The translations under genes and the position numbers were made by a program. The notes beneath the pieces are model-generated. The model was not told where the DNA came from, made no database searches, and saw only the letters and a program-made list of their open reading frames with translations. From IMG/VR virus record IMGVR_UViG_3300025502_000011: a DNA stretch of 64,000 nt; one strand, 5' to 3'. Origin of the DNA: a virus. This document shows positions 1 through 9,922 of this stretch, one piece after another (position 1 is the first letter of the stretch; each line of letters opens with the position of its first letter).

Positions 1-1003
1 TTTTTAAAGTTGCTCGTTCTTCTTCCGCGTACTTCTTTAATTCTTCATGAAGTTTTTTTGCATCTCCAGTAACATCTTCCGTATATGCTTCAAACACTTC
101 ATACTGCAGAGCTTGAATATTTTCTATTGAATTGATTTCGACCCAACCCTCTTCGCTGTTAAACCTGTCAATCAAAGGATTGGAAACCAGTTTCACCATC
201 AGCTTCTCTTTGCGTGCATAAGCACTGCTTCGACTGATGTCCAACGTAAGAAGCTTTTCTAAAAATACAGAAACTAATAAACGAACCTGGTCATCTGTGA
301 ATTTGAATCCACGCTCAGCAATGTTTACAGAACTTCCTCTCATTTGGAAAAATCCAAGCTCATTATCAAATGAGCCAAAGTGAATGTCGGCGTACTTTTT
401 GAATAAATCAAAATGGTCGGGATTAAAACCATAACGTCCCATGATTTCGTCACAAGAGTAAAACTGAAGCTCTTTCAGGTTTATAGCACCTTGAGATGAA
501 TACTTAATCTTCCCAATTGTTTCTTTTTTGTAGATAGAATTATCACTTTTTTCTTCGTCTGCTTCATAGCTGATTTTCTCACCAGACTTTGAATGGAATT
601 CGAGACGCGAAAGAGCATCGCACGTTTGTTCGGCAGCTACTAGTGTAATGGCTCCTTTTCTTTTTAACGTATCGTTTTTAATGGCATGCAAGTGCCCATT
701 AAGAATGCTTTCTGGATGGGCAAGGTTTGCATAAAGTAAATCTTTATTGTGTGTAAGCTTTGGTGTTTGAGACACTTTATCATACATCGCATGCTTCATG
801 CAGGTAGGCGAAATAACTAATTTGTAACGAGGCTCTTTTCCATCGTTGTAAATGTTTCTCTTTGCATACATTACGTTGCTATGGTATGATTTTAAGAAAG
901 GGAATTTTTCTCCAATATGGAACCGTTGCTCATTGCTATCGTAATTAACAACGCCATTGCCTTCAATTTCAATTTTAAAAAGAATTGACTTTACTTTGCT
1001 CAT
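1..1003 (-). CDS. cas7: Cas7-like (DevR/Cst2-type) protein, runs off the left edge
   Basis: Own translation: open from ATG 1003 to the edge, MSKVKSILFKIEIEGNGVVNYDS...ISPTCMKHAM...KRKGAITL...KKETIG. These resemble DevR-type Cas7 motifs, and the gene lies directly downstream of cas3. Missing from the ORF track. Confidence 0.6.
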   Translation of the reverse strand, partial: MSKVKSILFKIEIEGNGVVNYDSNEQRFHIGEKFPFLKSYHSNVMYAKRNIYNDGKEPRYKLVISPTCMKHAMYDKVSQTPKLTHNKDLLYANLAHPESILNGHLHAIKNDTLKRKGAITLVAAEQTCDALSRLEFHSKSGEKISYEADEEKSDNSIYKKETIGKIKYSSQGAINLKELQFYSCDEIMGRYGFNPDHFDLFKKYADIHFGSFDNELGFFQMRGSSVNIAERGFKFTDDQVRLLVSVFLEKLLTLDISRSSAYARKEKLMVKLVSNPLIDRFNSEEGWVEINSIENIQALQYEVFEAYTEDVTGDAKKLHEELKKYAEEERATLK

Positions 1004-1045
1004 GGTAATCTGTTTAAAGGTTAATATGTAATTTCTATGAATTGT

Positions 1046-3373
1046 TTACTCGTAAATTGGCTGGTCAAACTCTTCCAGTAAAGTTTTTTTAATATATCCG
1101 TAAATGTCATGATATTCCATATCCATCCTCGGATACGGCATTGATTTGTATTTCGCCATTATACGCAATAATTCAAGATTTGTGCTATGCTTTGGAACTT
1201 TTAAAAATCTAGTGTAATCAAAAGCGCAATCTGGCTCATCGTTAAGATGTTTAATTATCTTAAATACTTTTGCTAGTGCGTTGGAGTCTTCATGGAAGTC
1301 TTCGGGTATAGAATCATAAATAGGAGTTGATTTAGGCTGTGTCCATTCTTTTTTTGCCCATTTTTTAGCAGTAAAAAAGATTTCATTTCCTTTGCTTCTA
1401 TAGCTAGTTTCTTGTATTTTATGGACTTCCGAGTTTTCACTTTTAATCGTTAACCTATTAGGATAAATTTTCTCATGTAAATCCATGCGGCTTTGTCGAT
1501 ATTTTGTGTTTAACCAGATTCTTCTTAAGGCTTCATTTTCTTTACAATGTTTATTATACAAAGAATATAGGTTATCTAAAGTTGTTTCCCCTTGACTTTG
1601 TGTTAGAAAATTAAACCATAAGTCAGACAGTTCTCGTGAGTACATTGTTTCGCGGGCTCTATTCTCACTTCGTCCAGAATTATCTGAAGGGATTCGATAT
1701 GTTAGAATTTCAGACTGGTCATCATAATCTCCCCACCTGTCGACACGGCCTACTCTTTGAAGAGTAGCTTCTGGAGACAGGCAACTTTCAATCAAATGCC
1801 TAAAAGAAACATCTAAAGATGCCTGTGCTATTGGGCTCGCTATTACGTGTTCTTTTTCAATATTTCTGTCGGATTGCTTTCCATAGTTTTGAAGAATAAC
1901 GCTTAATCGCGCTTGATTGTCGTCGTCCTCAAATTTTCCATGAAACAAAATAGTATCTTCATTGTGTTTGTGCTTATTTCTTTGACACTCAACTATAGAA
2001 TTAGAGATAAAAAGAACAGGGCTTTTTTTACTTTCAGATATTCTAGAACGCCCCTCTTTTGTAGTGAGTTTGTATGATTTATTGTGGACAGCAGGAGCAT
2101 GTTCAAATTTTCCAGGCAAATGGGCTGTTGAGTTGTCAAATGAATCCCAATAAACTGATAAATCAAGTGGGGTTGCGGACAGCAGTAAAGAGCGTCCGTT
2201 TGTCATCTGATGTCTTACCTTCATTAGATTTATAAAACCAGCCAGTAAAGCCCCGTCCGACACTAGCTCATGATACTCATCAAATACAACATCTGCATCG
2301 GATACCATTAATAAATCAATATCGTTACAATGCTCTTTTGTCGGACGTAAAAAGTTATCTACGTTGGTTACAATGATATCGCTTGAAAACTTTATTCCTA
2401 AATCTGAATTTGAGGCCTGTTGTTTTCCAGCGTAATATAATTCTACTGAAGTTTCAATTCCTGCATTTTTAAGCTCTCTTAAGATGTTGTGGTACACTGA
2501 TTGTGCCACAGCATTTCTTGGACACACCCAAATAAGCCGTTTATTGTTGACAGTGCTCCAAAGTAAACCTAGAAGTGTTTTTCCGTATCCAGCAGGGGCG
2601 TTGATTTGAACAGTCTTAAACGAGGTCGTCCTAGATGCTAAAGCAACTTGTTGTGTCCATCTTTTTTCATGTCCAGGATATGGGCATTTAGTAAAAGCGT
2701 AACGGTGTTGTTGAATCAGTCGTTCATTTATAGTTTTTTTAATTTCATCAACTGTAAAATCTCCTAATTCACTAACTAAGTGGTCAGCTCTTACCACGCA
2801 CATGCGAATAATCGTGTTGTCAACGTTGAGGTCGCTCGTCTCGTTAAAATCTCTAATATAGTAATGAGGGCTTGATGTTTCAGCTATTCTTGGCCTATCA
2901 AGGACTTGGCCAGGAAATAATTCTTCGACGAATTCAATCATTCTATCGATAGAATTATCTTTCTTCTTCCGAACCCACTCAAGAATAGACGCATCTGTGT
3001 GCTTGCCCATTACATTGTTAATGCCGTGATGCCAGTATACTGCTTCAGCAACTTGTCTTAGCTCCTCTGAGTCAAAGCTGATGTACATTCTTACAAATGC
3101 CCATCCCACTTCATTGTGCGAAAAAATAATGTCTTTTTTCTTTGTTTTAGTGGATTTACCATTTAAAGAGTTTCGGAGTAAAGTTTGAAACTCGGTTTCG
3201 GCTTTTCCAATATCATGAAGAAGCGCCGCTTTGCGGATAACTGATATAAAATGTTTTTTTTCTGTATCTGAGGTAACTATAACTGAGTCGGCAATATATT
3301 CCGCAACCTCAGCAACCTTTCGACTGTGCTCAATCAGGGTTTCGCCAGTACTTTTTGCTAATAACTCATCCAT
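1046..3373 (-). CDS. cas3: CRISPR-associated HD nuclease/SF2 helicase Cas3
   Basis: HD domain (HSRKV, LLHDIGK, SHNEVG, WHHG, RADH) fused to SF2 helicase motifs (APAGYGKT, DEYH, SAT, QRVGRVDR). Confidence 0.92.
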   Translation of the reverse strand: MDELLAKSTGETLIEHSRKVAEVAEYIADSVIVTSDTEKKHFISVIRKAALLHDIGKAETEFQTLLRNSLNGKSTKTKKKDIIFSHNEVGWAFVRMYISFDSEELRQVAEAVYWHHGINNVMGKHTDASILEWVRKKKDNSIDRMIEFVEELFPGQVLDRPRIAETSSPHYYIRDFNETSDLNVDNTIIRMCVVRADHLVSELGDFTVDEIKKTINERLIQQHRYAFTKCPYPGHEKRWTQQVALASRTTSFKTVQINAPAGYGKTLLGLLWSTVNNKRLIWVCPRNAVAQSVYHNILRELKNAGIETSVELYYAGKQQASNSDLGIKFSSDIIVTNVDNFLRPTKEHCNDIDLLMVSDADVVFDEYHELVSDGALLAGFINLMKVRHQMTNGRSLLLSATPLDLSVYWDSFDNSTAHLPGKFEHAPAVHNKSYKLTTKEGRSRISESKKSPVLFISNSIVECQRNKHKHNEDTILFHGKFEDDDNQARLSVILQNYGKQSDRNIEKEHVIASPIAQASLDVSFRHLIESCLSPEATLQRVGRVDRWGDYDDQSEILTYRIPSDNSGRSENRARETMYSRELSDLWFNFLTQSQGETTLDNLYSLYNKHCKENEALRRIWLNTKYRQSRMDLHEKIYPNRLTIKSENSEVHKIQETSYRSKGNEIFFTAKKWAKKEWTQPKSTPIYDSIPEDFHEDSNALAKVFKIIKHLNDEPDCAFDYTRFLKVPKHSTNLELLRIMAKYKSMPYPRMDMEYHDIYGYIKKTLLEEFDQPIYE

Positions 3374-3405
3374 AAATAAAAAGACTTTTTCATTAGCCTT
3401 GGTTT

Positions 3406-3434
3406 AATATACGATGAATTAATAAAAAAGTTTC
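3406..3434 (-). promoter_or_regulatory. Bipartite phage promoter motif GWAAC-N16-CGTATA, upstream of cas3
   Basis: GAAAC-N16-CGTATATT on the minus strand; one of 8 identically spaced intergenic copies. Confidence 0.75.
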
Positions 3435-3446
3435 AACTAACGTTGT

Positions 3447-4052
3447 TTACCACTCTACTATGGATAATTGTTTTGGGTCCCGACCTATCTCTTTAATCTC
3501 CGCCAAACATTCCTTCATGGTTATTCCCACTTGGTCCTTCGAAGATTGAATCACACCATCTGGGTTTACGCAGCACTCGACCGCATTCTTGAATCCAAAC
3601 TGGGGCTCATCCCACCTTAAAGTGCGCTCCACTTTTGGGTTGTACTTCCCTGCTACTTTATAATGCATAATGCAATCTAATGAACAAAAGAAACCATGCG
3701 CAAATCCTTTGGGGATGTACAGCTGTTTCTTATTGTCTCCAGACAATTCGAACTCTGCGTGCTGAGTAAATGTTTTTGAGTATGGGCGCAAGTCTACGAT
3801 AAAATCCGTGACGCTACCCTGTATTACACTAACAAGCTTTGCTTGGGCATGTGGTGGGAGCTGGTAATGAAGCCCTCTTAGAGTGCCTCTGGTGGAGTGA
3901 GATATGTTATCTTGGATAAACACTGGGGCTGCTCCAGTAGCTAATGCAAACTTCTCGTGATTGAATGATTCAAAAAATGAGCCTCGTATATCTTTAAAAA
4001 CTTTAGGTGTTATAATGTATACTCCTTCAAACTTTGTATTCTCTATCTCCAT
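3447..4052 (-). CDS. rmlC: dTDP-4-dehydrorhamnose 3,5-epimerase
   Basis: D.RG.F.E, QDN.S.S..GTLRGLHYQ, QAKLVSV..G, IPKGFAHGF motifs. Confidence 0.92.
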   Translation of the reverse strand: MEIENTKFEGVYIITPKVFKDIRGSFFESFNHEKFALATGAAPVFIQDNISHSTRGTLRGLHYQLPPHAQAKLVSVIQGSVTDFIVDLRPYSKTFTQHAEFELSGDNKKQLYIPKGFAHGFFCSLDCIMHYKVAGKYNPKVERTLRWDEPQFGFKNAVECCVNPDGVIQSSKDQVGITMKECLAEIKEIGRDPKQLSIVEW

Positions 4053-4056
4053 GTGT

Positions 4057-4314
4057 TCATTCTATGAGTTGCCATCCAAAATCTAGATAATCTTTTCTAG
4101 ATATAATTAAGCGTTTTCTTGGGTGCTTGTCAAAAAACTTCTTGAGGGCGCCACACTTTTCATACTCTTCACCGTTCTCAAAAAAGAAAATGGATTCATT
4201 TATTAGAAAAGTGGGAATCAGTTTTCCAAGTGTTCCTGGATGTGCACTTACTGCTTCAAAAAGTAAGTTGTACATTTTAATATCTACGCTGGTTATGTTT
4301 GTTCGACCTTTCAT
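4057..4314 (-). CDS. Hypothetical protein
   Basis: 85-aa ORF, co-directional and tightly packed. Confidence 0.6.
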   Translation of the reverse strand: MKGRTNITSVDIKMYNLLFEAVSAHPGTLGKLIPTFLINESIFFFENGEEYEKCGALKKFFDKHPRKRLIISRKDYLDFGWQLIE

Positions 4315-4410
4315 TGTATTAATAAATACAGGTCTAAAATCAAAAACTAGCCATATTGAAACCAGCTGTTTTTTGCCGTATTACTGGCTATTTAATGCTT
4401 TCTGTTAAAG

Positions 4411-4845
4411 CTACATACTGATGCCTCCGCTAATTGTCTTAGCATCAATGTCTCCACTTTTAGTTGATACCAAACCAGCAATGTCTCCTTTTACATCAAC
4501 ATCTCCAGAAGCTGTTTTAACGCTGCCTTCAATGTTTCCTCCGACTTCGATATCACCAGAAGCGCTTTGAACGTCTCCGCGAATATCTCCTCCTACTTCA
4601 ATGTCTCCGCTTGCTGAGGTTATTCGCCCTGAGTTACCTGTGACGTTTAAATTTCCAAAGGCTCCTTGGACCAGCTCTACATCGCCTTCAACAGTAATAT
4701 TCACGACCCGCTTGCTATCTCCAACATGAACTTGTTCTCCATCGATGTAAATTTCTCCGTCTCCACTAATATTAACAACTTTACCTTCGTACTTATTTGA
4801 ATCAATTCTAAAAATTGCCATAAATAATTTAATTAATTTGTTCAT
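4411..4845 (-). CDS. Beta-helix repeat protein (DUF4097/bactofilin-like)
   Basis: Tandem SASGDIEVGGxIxG repeats. Confidence 0.6.
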   Translation of the reverse strand: MNKLIKLFMAIFRIDSNKYEGKVVNISGDGEIYIDGEQVHVGDSKRVVNITVEGDVELVQGAFGNLNVTGNSGRITSASGDIEVGGDIRGDVQSASGDIEVGGNIEGSVKTASGDVDVKGDIAGLVSTKSGDIDAKTISGGISM

Positions 4846-4899
4846 TTAAAAAAAGTATAGTGATTCTCTTTTTTTTTAGATATAAGCCTTATGTGGGTT

Positions 4900-5334
4900 T
4901 CAAGAAAACTCTGTTGAGGTTGAAAACCTCAACCCAAACCACTTGTTATCAGTCTTTGTGCCATCCACCATATAATAAGGTTTTGAGATTTCTGGATGCA
5001 TTTCTTCCCACTGGTCTGCATATTTATCACCAGTAAGGCCTCCTCGTTTCGCTTTAACCTGCTTCCAAAAATCATCTGCAGTAATGGGTGTATCGTACTC
5101 GTCTAAAATTTGATGATTCAACAGAAACTTTGTCAGAGACTCTAATGAATCATAGTGCATCCAATTATTGTGGTTGAAACAAAACTCCCAACCATGAGAA
5201 GACTTTCCAATGTGGATTATCGTATCAAAAAAAGCTTTTTTTAGCTCTTTTAAGCGTTCTTGGTCCACAAGAGATTTGAGCACCTCTTTTTCATCATTGC
5301 TCACGATTCTGATTGCGTAGTAGTTTGTTCCCAT
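4900..5334 (-). CDS. Conserved phage hypothetical protein
   Basis: MGTNYY...HIGKSS.GW.F motif; preceded by the promoter motif. Confidence 0.7.
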   Translation of the reverse strand: MGTNYYAIRIVSNDEKEVLKSLVDQERLKELKKAFFDTIIHIGKSSHGWEFCFNHNNWMHYDSLESLTKFLLNHQILDEYDTPITADDFWKQVKAKRGGLTGDKYADQWEEMHPEISKPYYMVDGTKTDNKWFGLRFSTSTEFS

Positions 5335-5340
5335 TTTTTG

Positions 5341-5369
5341 AATATACGAAGAAATTAAGAAAAAGTTTC
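5341..5369 (-). promoter_or_regulatory. Bipartite phage promoter motif
   Basis: GAAAC-N16-CGTATATT. Confidence 0.75.
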
Positions 5370-5807
5370 TTATTGGTTGAATTGCTTTTTGAGCATCTCT
5401 CGGATTGCGGAGGTATCTCTTGTTCCCTCAACGACTCCTTTTCCTATGTTCTCCAGGTTAGCCTTGTTGTCAATTGCTTTAGACAACCACTCTAAAGGCT
5501 CTTCTTGAATTACCAGCTGCTGAAGCATTTTTTTCCAAGTTGGAAGTGGCAGGAAATCAAAATCAATTTCTGTTCCTGCTGTTTCTGCGTTCTGTGTTTC
5601 CACTTCCAATAATCTATCATAATGTTCTCCGTTACCAAAAATAGCTTCGGCGAACTCATGCTTAAAGATTAAGCTGTTATAGCCTCCGTTAGTAGTCATC
5701 TGACCCCAGTGTATTTTTGTTCTGTCTATTTTGTGTCCACCTTTCTCAGCTTCATCAATGGCTTTGTTAATTATATCTGTCCAAGTCATGCTTTTTGTGT
5801 TTTGCAA
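5370..5807 (-). CDS. Hypothetical protein
   Basis: 145-aa ORF. Confidence 0.65.
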   Translation of the reverse strand: MQNTKSMTWTDIINKAIDEAEKGGHKIDRTKIHWGQMTTNGGYNSLIFKHEFAEAIFGNGEHYDRLLEVETQNAETAGTEIDFDFLPLPTWKKMLQQLVIQEEPLEWLSKAIDNKANLENIGKGVVEGTRDTSAIREMLKKQFNQ

Positions 5808-5990
5808 AAAATACTTATTAAGCGTTAAATTTTAAAGTCTATGCTTTTCGTGATTCCCATGTTTAGCTACCAAAGATACAGAAAAAAGCATTTTACTTTG
5901 CGTTTGTTTTTTATTATGTTAAATTTGTGTTTCCAATGTTAAGTTAATGTTATGAACTATTTATTGGAGTAATCGCACAAAACATACATT

Positions 5991-6347
5991 ATGAAAAAGA
6001 TATTAATTTTACTTATTATACTATGTACTCTCACCACTACAGCTCAAGGGGAGTTGGAATGTGACTCACTTTTTAGCTGTTTCAGTTATTATGAAAGTGG
6101 TGAAGTCAAATTTAAAGGAACAGCTGATTGTCAAGAAAGAGCTCACGGAAAGTTTGTTGAGTTCCGAAAAAGCGGAGAAATACTTGGAGTTGGAGAATTC
6201 TCGCACGGAGTTCGAGTAGGAGTTTGGATTACATATTCAACACTTGAGAAGTCTTCCTATGTTATATACTTCGATAAACACGGAAACAAGATAAGGGCTG
6301 AAAAGCTTGTTGGGGATTTAATTGTCGAAGCAAAGGAGTACAAATAG
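5991..6347 (+). CDS. Secreted MORN-variant/YwqK-like repeat protein
   Basis: Signal peptide MKKILILLIIL followed by YYESGEVK..G and HG.RVG.W..Y repeats. Confidence 0.6.
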   Translation: MKKILILLIILCTLTTTAQGELECDSLFSCFSYYESGEVKFKGTADCQERAHGKFVEFRKSGEILGVGEFSHGVRVGVWITYSTLEKSSYVIYFDKHGNKIRAEKLVGDLIVEAKEYK

Positions 6348-6359
6348 CAGGTGTATTCT

Positions 6360-6773
6360 CTATGCAAGGAAGCTTTGCAAAGGCTTCATCGCGTATATTC
6401 CATGTGTTCGTATTGTCACCATTGGACTTGAGCCAACCTCTTCACCTTCAATGATAAAACCTTTTTCTGAAAAAGAGTCGTAAACTAGAGGGTATAAGAT
6501 TAAAACCTCTTCCTGAACGTGGCGCCCAATCTTTCCTCGTATAAAGGCGTGCACATTTTTAATTTTAGACGTTATAGCTTTTTTCTTTCCTGCTGGATTT
6601 ACAATAAAGTTAACGTTTTTCATCTCTAGCTCAGTCGCATGGGCCACAACCAGGCTTTTCTGTTTAATGCTAAAAACTGTGCCTTTTCTATTTAAACATC
6701 GATATACGTCGACTGACTGAGAGTAATTGAGTTCTCTCTCTTTAAAAGGTGTTATGCTACTATTTGACATCAT
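6360..6773 (-). CDS. Conserved phage hypothetical protein
   Basis: VYRCLN...FSIKQ...VVAHA...KNVHAF motif. Confidence 0.65.
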   Translation of the reverse strand: MMSNSSITPFKERELNYSQSVDVYRCLNRKGTVFSIKQKSLVVAHATELEMKNVNFIVNPAGKKKAITSKIKNVHAFIRGKIGRHVQEEVLILYPLVYDSFSEKGFIIEGEEVGSSPMVTIRTHGIYAMKPLQSFLA

Positions 6774-6791
6774 GCTGTAAATACAATGTTT

Positions 6792-8408
6792 TTACTTAAC
6801 TAAGAAACCAACTTCATAAGTCATCCATCTGAGTTTTTCTTCAAGGATTTTATAGGCTACCGTTAGTTTTTTAAATAAATCTGGCTTGTCTTTTTTCCAA
6901 TGCTCCTTTAGTTGAGAATAACCCGCATCCCACCTGTCCAAATGGAGTTCTGGGTGAGCTTTGGCATAAACCATTCGTTCTGGGCCGCTCCAATATAGCA
7001 TTTTATTAGCTATCTCCAACACATCTACTGCATCTTGAGACATGTGTTTCACATTGCTCTGAATCATACTGTTCATTATCGTGGCTGACCTGTCTTGTTT
7101 ATGTTCAATGTCTATTAGACATGGGTCGCCCCAGAAAAAGCTGTTTCTTACATCATATTCCTGCTTTTTAAAAACAATTCCGCCTATCGAACTTTGATGT
7201 GACGCTGAATGGAACAAAGAGTAAACTAAAGAGTCTGCAGCGTATTGATTCCATAGTTCAGCAGAGGTGTTTGGGGCCATGTATTCGTCTTTTTGGTTAA
7301 TCCAGGTGGAATACGGTCCCACGTGAGTCTTTCGTGCCGCAAACAAGCTACAAACCTTCTTTAGATTATCTGGTATAATAGAGAACCCGTTTCCTTTTGA
7401 CGCAGCCCAGCTATATAGCGCTACTTGTTGTGGGTTTTCATAAATATTGTTTGATGCATTCAGAAAATATCCAATCGCTCCATCAACAAGGCTTCCTCGC
7501 ATTGTTTTGCCTTCCACTTTCCATTTTAATGCACTTGTGAACTGAGGAATGTTTTTATTTGACCTTAATCCTTTTGTCTCTTCCCTTGCCCAGATAGATG
7601 CTGCTTCTCTTTGGTCTGTGTTGTATAATTCTTTACGTTTTGGAAGAACTCCTTTGATGCGAGGGTCTGCAATCACTTCATAACTCCAAGATGTTCGTTC
7701 ATCTAATCCTGGGGTCATCAAAGTGAAGGTTATTCCCCAGTCTGACTTTACCTCCATGAATTCTGATGCTGGAAACAAAAAACCGTCTTGGACCCTAAAA
7801 TTCTTAAACATCCTTTCTCTAAAAGTTTTAAAACTTGACCCAGTTAAAAAAAGAGGTGGTGAAAACACGGCAATTACAACATTGGAAATACCATATGCTT
7901 CTTTTATCGCATTGATGCGATAAAGAAACTGAGCGTAGAGCTGTTGAGATGACTTTCCCCAACCGTTTTCTCGCATTTCATTATTAATCCAAGTCTTGGC
8001 TGTTCCTGATTTATGGCTTGAGGTTGCTCCTTTATTGTTAGCGGTTGCGTATGGAGGATTTATTAAAAAGACGATTGGTTTGTCATCTTTTATTGCTTGT
8101 TTTAAAGCTGGCGACTGAGTCGTTAGCTTTTCAGAGTCATCATTAAGGAAGTCAAACTGAAAAGCTTGCTGATTTGAAACTGTTTCACACTTATCAATAT
8201 CAGCTTTATGAAGAGTTGAACTATACAATTCTTTAAATTCATATCCTTGGGTAAGGTTCATAAAGCCCGAAGCACAGTCCCACACCACATACTCTTGTTT
8301 CCAGTTTTTTCCCAAGTTGTCCTGAATCAGCCTATGTGCTTCGTCCACCCATATTTGAGGTGTATAAAATTCGCCTTCTCTTTTCTTTTTATCCAATGTG
8401 ATAGTCAT
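6792..8408 (-). CDS. N6-adenine DNA methyltransferase (type IIG/Eco57I-like MTase plus TRD-like region)
   Basis: GEFYTP, VWDCASG (SAM binding), INPPY (catalytic). The likely start is MTITLDKK at 8408; the track extension runs into a cassette-site half. Confidence 0.8.
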   Translation of the reverse strand: MTITLDKKKREGEFYTPQIWVDEAHRLIQDNLGKNWKQEYVVWDCASGFMNLTQGYEFKELYSSTLHKADIDKCETVSNQQAFQFDFLNDDSEKLTTQSPALKQAIKDDKPIVFLINPPYATANNKGATSSHKSGTAKTWINNEMRENGWGKSSQQLYAQFLYRINAIKEAYGISNVVIAVFSPPLFLTGSSFKTFRERMFKNFRVQDGFLFPASEFMEVKSDWGITFTLMTPGLDERTSWSYEVIADPRIKGVLPKRKELYNTDQREAASIWAREETKGLRSNKNIPQFTSALKWKVEGKTMRGSLVDGAIGYFLNASNNIYENPQQVALYSWAASKGNGFSIIPDNLKKVCSLFAARKTHVGPYSTWINQKDEYMAPNTSAELWNQYAADSLVYSLFHSASHQSSIGGIVFKKQEYDVRNSFFWGDPCLIDIEHKQDRSATIMNSMIQSNVKHMSQDAVDVLEIANKMLYWSGPERMVYAKAHPELHLDRWDAGYSQLKEHWKKDKPDLFKKLTVAYKILEEKLRWMTYEVGFLVK

Positions 8409-8478
8409 GCTTTTAATATGAGCATGAGCGTAAAAAAAAGAAAGGAACAAATAATAAAACGGTGCATACGCACAATGC

Positions 8479-8518
8479 TGATAGCAAACTTTATTATACA
8501 CCTTGTTAGTTATACACA
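8479..8518 (+). mobile_element. Inverted half attC-like site
   Basis: 8479-8501 (TGATAGCAAACTTTATTATACAC) is the exact reverse complement of 9935-9957 in site A; it ends in the GTTAGTTATACAC core. Confidence 0.75.
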
Positions 8519-8608
8519 GTACGGTTATTTAAGGTAGAATTTTGATACGAAGAAAGAATAAACTTTTTAAAAATGTGCGGTGAAAATTTTAATTCTGAAT
8601 ATTTATAT

Positions 8609-8790
8609 GTGAACTACCCATCTACAGCAAGCTGATGGAAGGGCTTCTAAAAAAATATAAATGCAAAGAGCAGATACATATTCAGAATTTACAGCGTTTC
8701 GTAGACTTGCCCATTGGCAACGCCTCACCGCCTTTTTATTTATCCTGCGAAGTTGGCCCCAACCCACAGCTTAATATTTTGTTTCGCTTA
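8609..8790 (-). mobile_element. IS200/IS605 right-end (TnpB omega-RNA-like) remnant without TnpB
   Basis: Minus strand ends ...GAAGCCCTTCCATC-loop-GATGGGTAGTTCAC, resembling IS605 right ends; the preceding AKQNI..G reading resembles a decayed TnpB C-terminus. Confidence 0.55.
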
Positions 8791-8868
8791 TGATTTTATG
8801 CAAACAACGAAAAAGAACTTATTTGTAAATATATAAAAAACGCTTACATCTCACCCACGCTAAATCAT

Positions 8869-9186
8869 ATGGAACAAGAAAAAAAATTAAAGAACTTCAT
8901 TAAAACTACAATCATAGAGTTTTTTAATGAACAATATGAAAATATTCAACATTATGATTTATTTGAATATTATGAAAAACAACCAAAAGAATTAAAGGTA
9001 ATTGTAGATAAATATTTGAATTTATTAGATAAACGTAAAGGTTATGATGTGATTAAGAAATTTCACGATGCAGTTTATAAAATAGGTTATACGTTTGATA
9101 GTGGATTAGATGCTGAACCACACGGTTTAAGACCCATAGGGGTTAAATTAAATCAGTTGGTAGGTTGGGAAGATATAGATAATTAA
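8869..9186 (+). CDS. Cassette-borne hypothetical protein with a putative head-targeting N-terminus (inverted cassette)
   Basis: KLKNFIKTTIIEFFNE leader; flanked by complementary cores GTTATACAC (8510) and GTGTATAAC (9204). Confidence 0.7.
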   Translation: MEQEKKLKNFIKTTIIEFFNEQYENIQHYDLFEYYEKQPKELKVIVDKYLNLLDKRKGYDVIKKFHDAVYKIGYTFDSGLDAEPHGLRPIGVKLNQLVGWEDIDN

Positions 9187-9212
9187 AACACGAATGTAGT
9201 ATTGTGTATAAC

Positions 9213-9324
9213 GCCACTTTTCATTTGTGAAAATTTTATCACCAATATTCTCATTTACAAACTGCTTAAAGTTCTTAACTTTATCAATCATTTCTCTCAT
9301 ATCTTTACTCACTGGTCTGTTCAT
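9213..9324 (-). pseudogene. Truncated cassette gene
   Basis: MNRPVSKDMREMIDKVKNFKQFVNEN matches the N-terminus of 12102-12620, then breaks at the GTTATAC core at 9212. Confidence 0.6.
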
Positions 9325-9442
9325 TTTCTTGGTTGTTTGTTAGTGTATGCCGTACACTGTATTGAATTTATTCGCTTGTTATGTGTAAGTGTTACATTCA
9401 TCGTTCTAATCAACATTTAGGTTAAAAAATTTAAAAGACAAT

Positions 9443-9838
9443 TTACCCCAATATTTTTTGAACCCAATCAGGTAATTTACTAAATTTAATTAATTTACAT
9501 TTTACTGTTGGTAAATTATTTCTAATTGATTTTTGAATCCTGTGATTTCCATCAAGAATATATTTAATAGATTTATCATCATTCATCAAAATCAATACTG
9601 GGTATTGTATGTCGGATTTTTCTATTTTATCAATTTCTTCTGTGTTTCCGTCCCAAGTTAATACAATATTTTTTAGTTTATTGGTATCCATTTCTTGAAC
9701 TTTAATGTTTTTTGTAAGGTCTAATATCTGAACTAACGTAACTGTTTGGTTGTCATTATTTGTCCAAGATGTATCTTCTAAACCTTCATTCAAAAATTCT
9801 CTTATAGTTGTTTTAATAAATCCTCTCAAATCTTTCAT
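9443..9838 (-). CDS. Cassette-borne ParB/Srx-like domain protein
   Basis: YPVLI...ILDGNHRI motif; leader MKDLRGFIKTTIREFLNE. Confidence 0.7.
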   Translation of the reverse strand: MKDLRGFIKTTIREFLNEGLEDTSWTNNDNQTVTLVQILDLTKNIKVQEMDTNKLKNIVLTWDGNTEEIDKIEKSDIQYPVLILMNDDKSIKYILDGNHRIQKSIRNNLPTVKCKLIKFSKLPDWVQKILG

Positions 9839-9922
9839 TGTTTTCTTTTATATATAAATACTTAGAATTTAAATTTTTGTTTATTTCTTCGTATCAACAT
9901 TTTACCTTAATTAACCACACCC

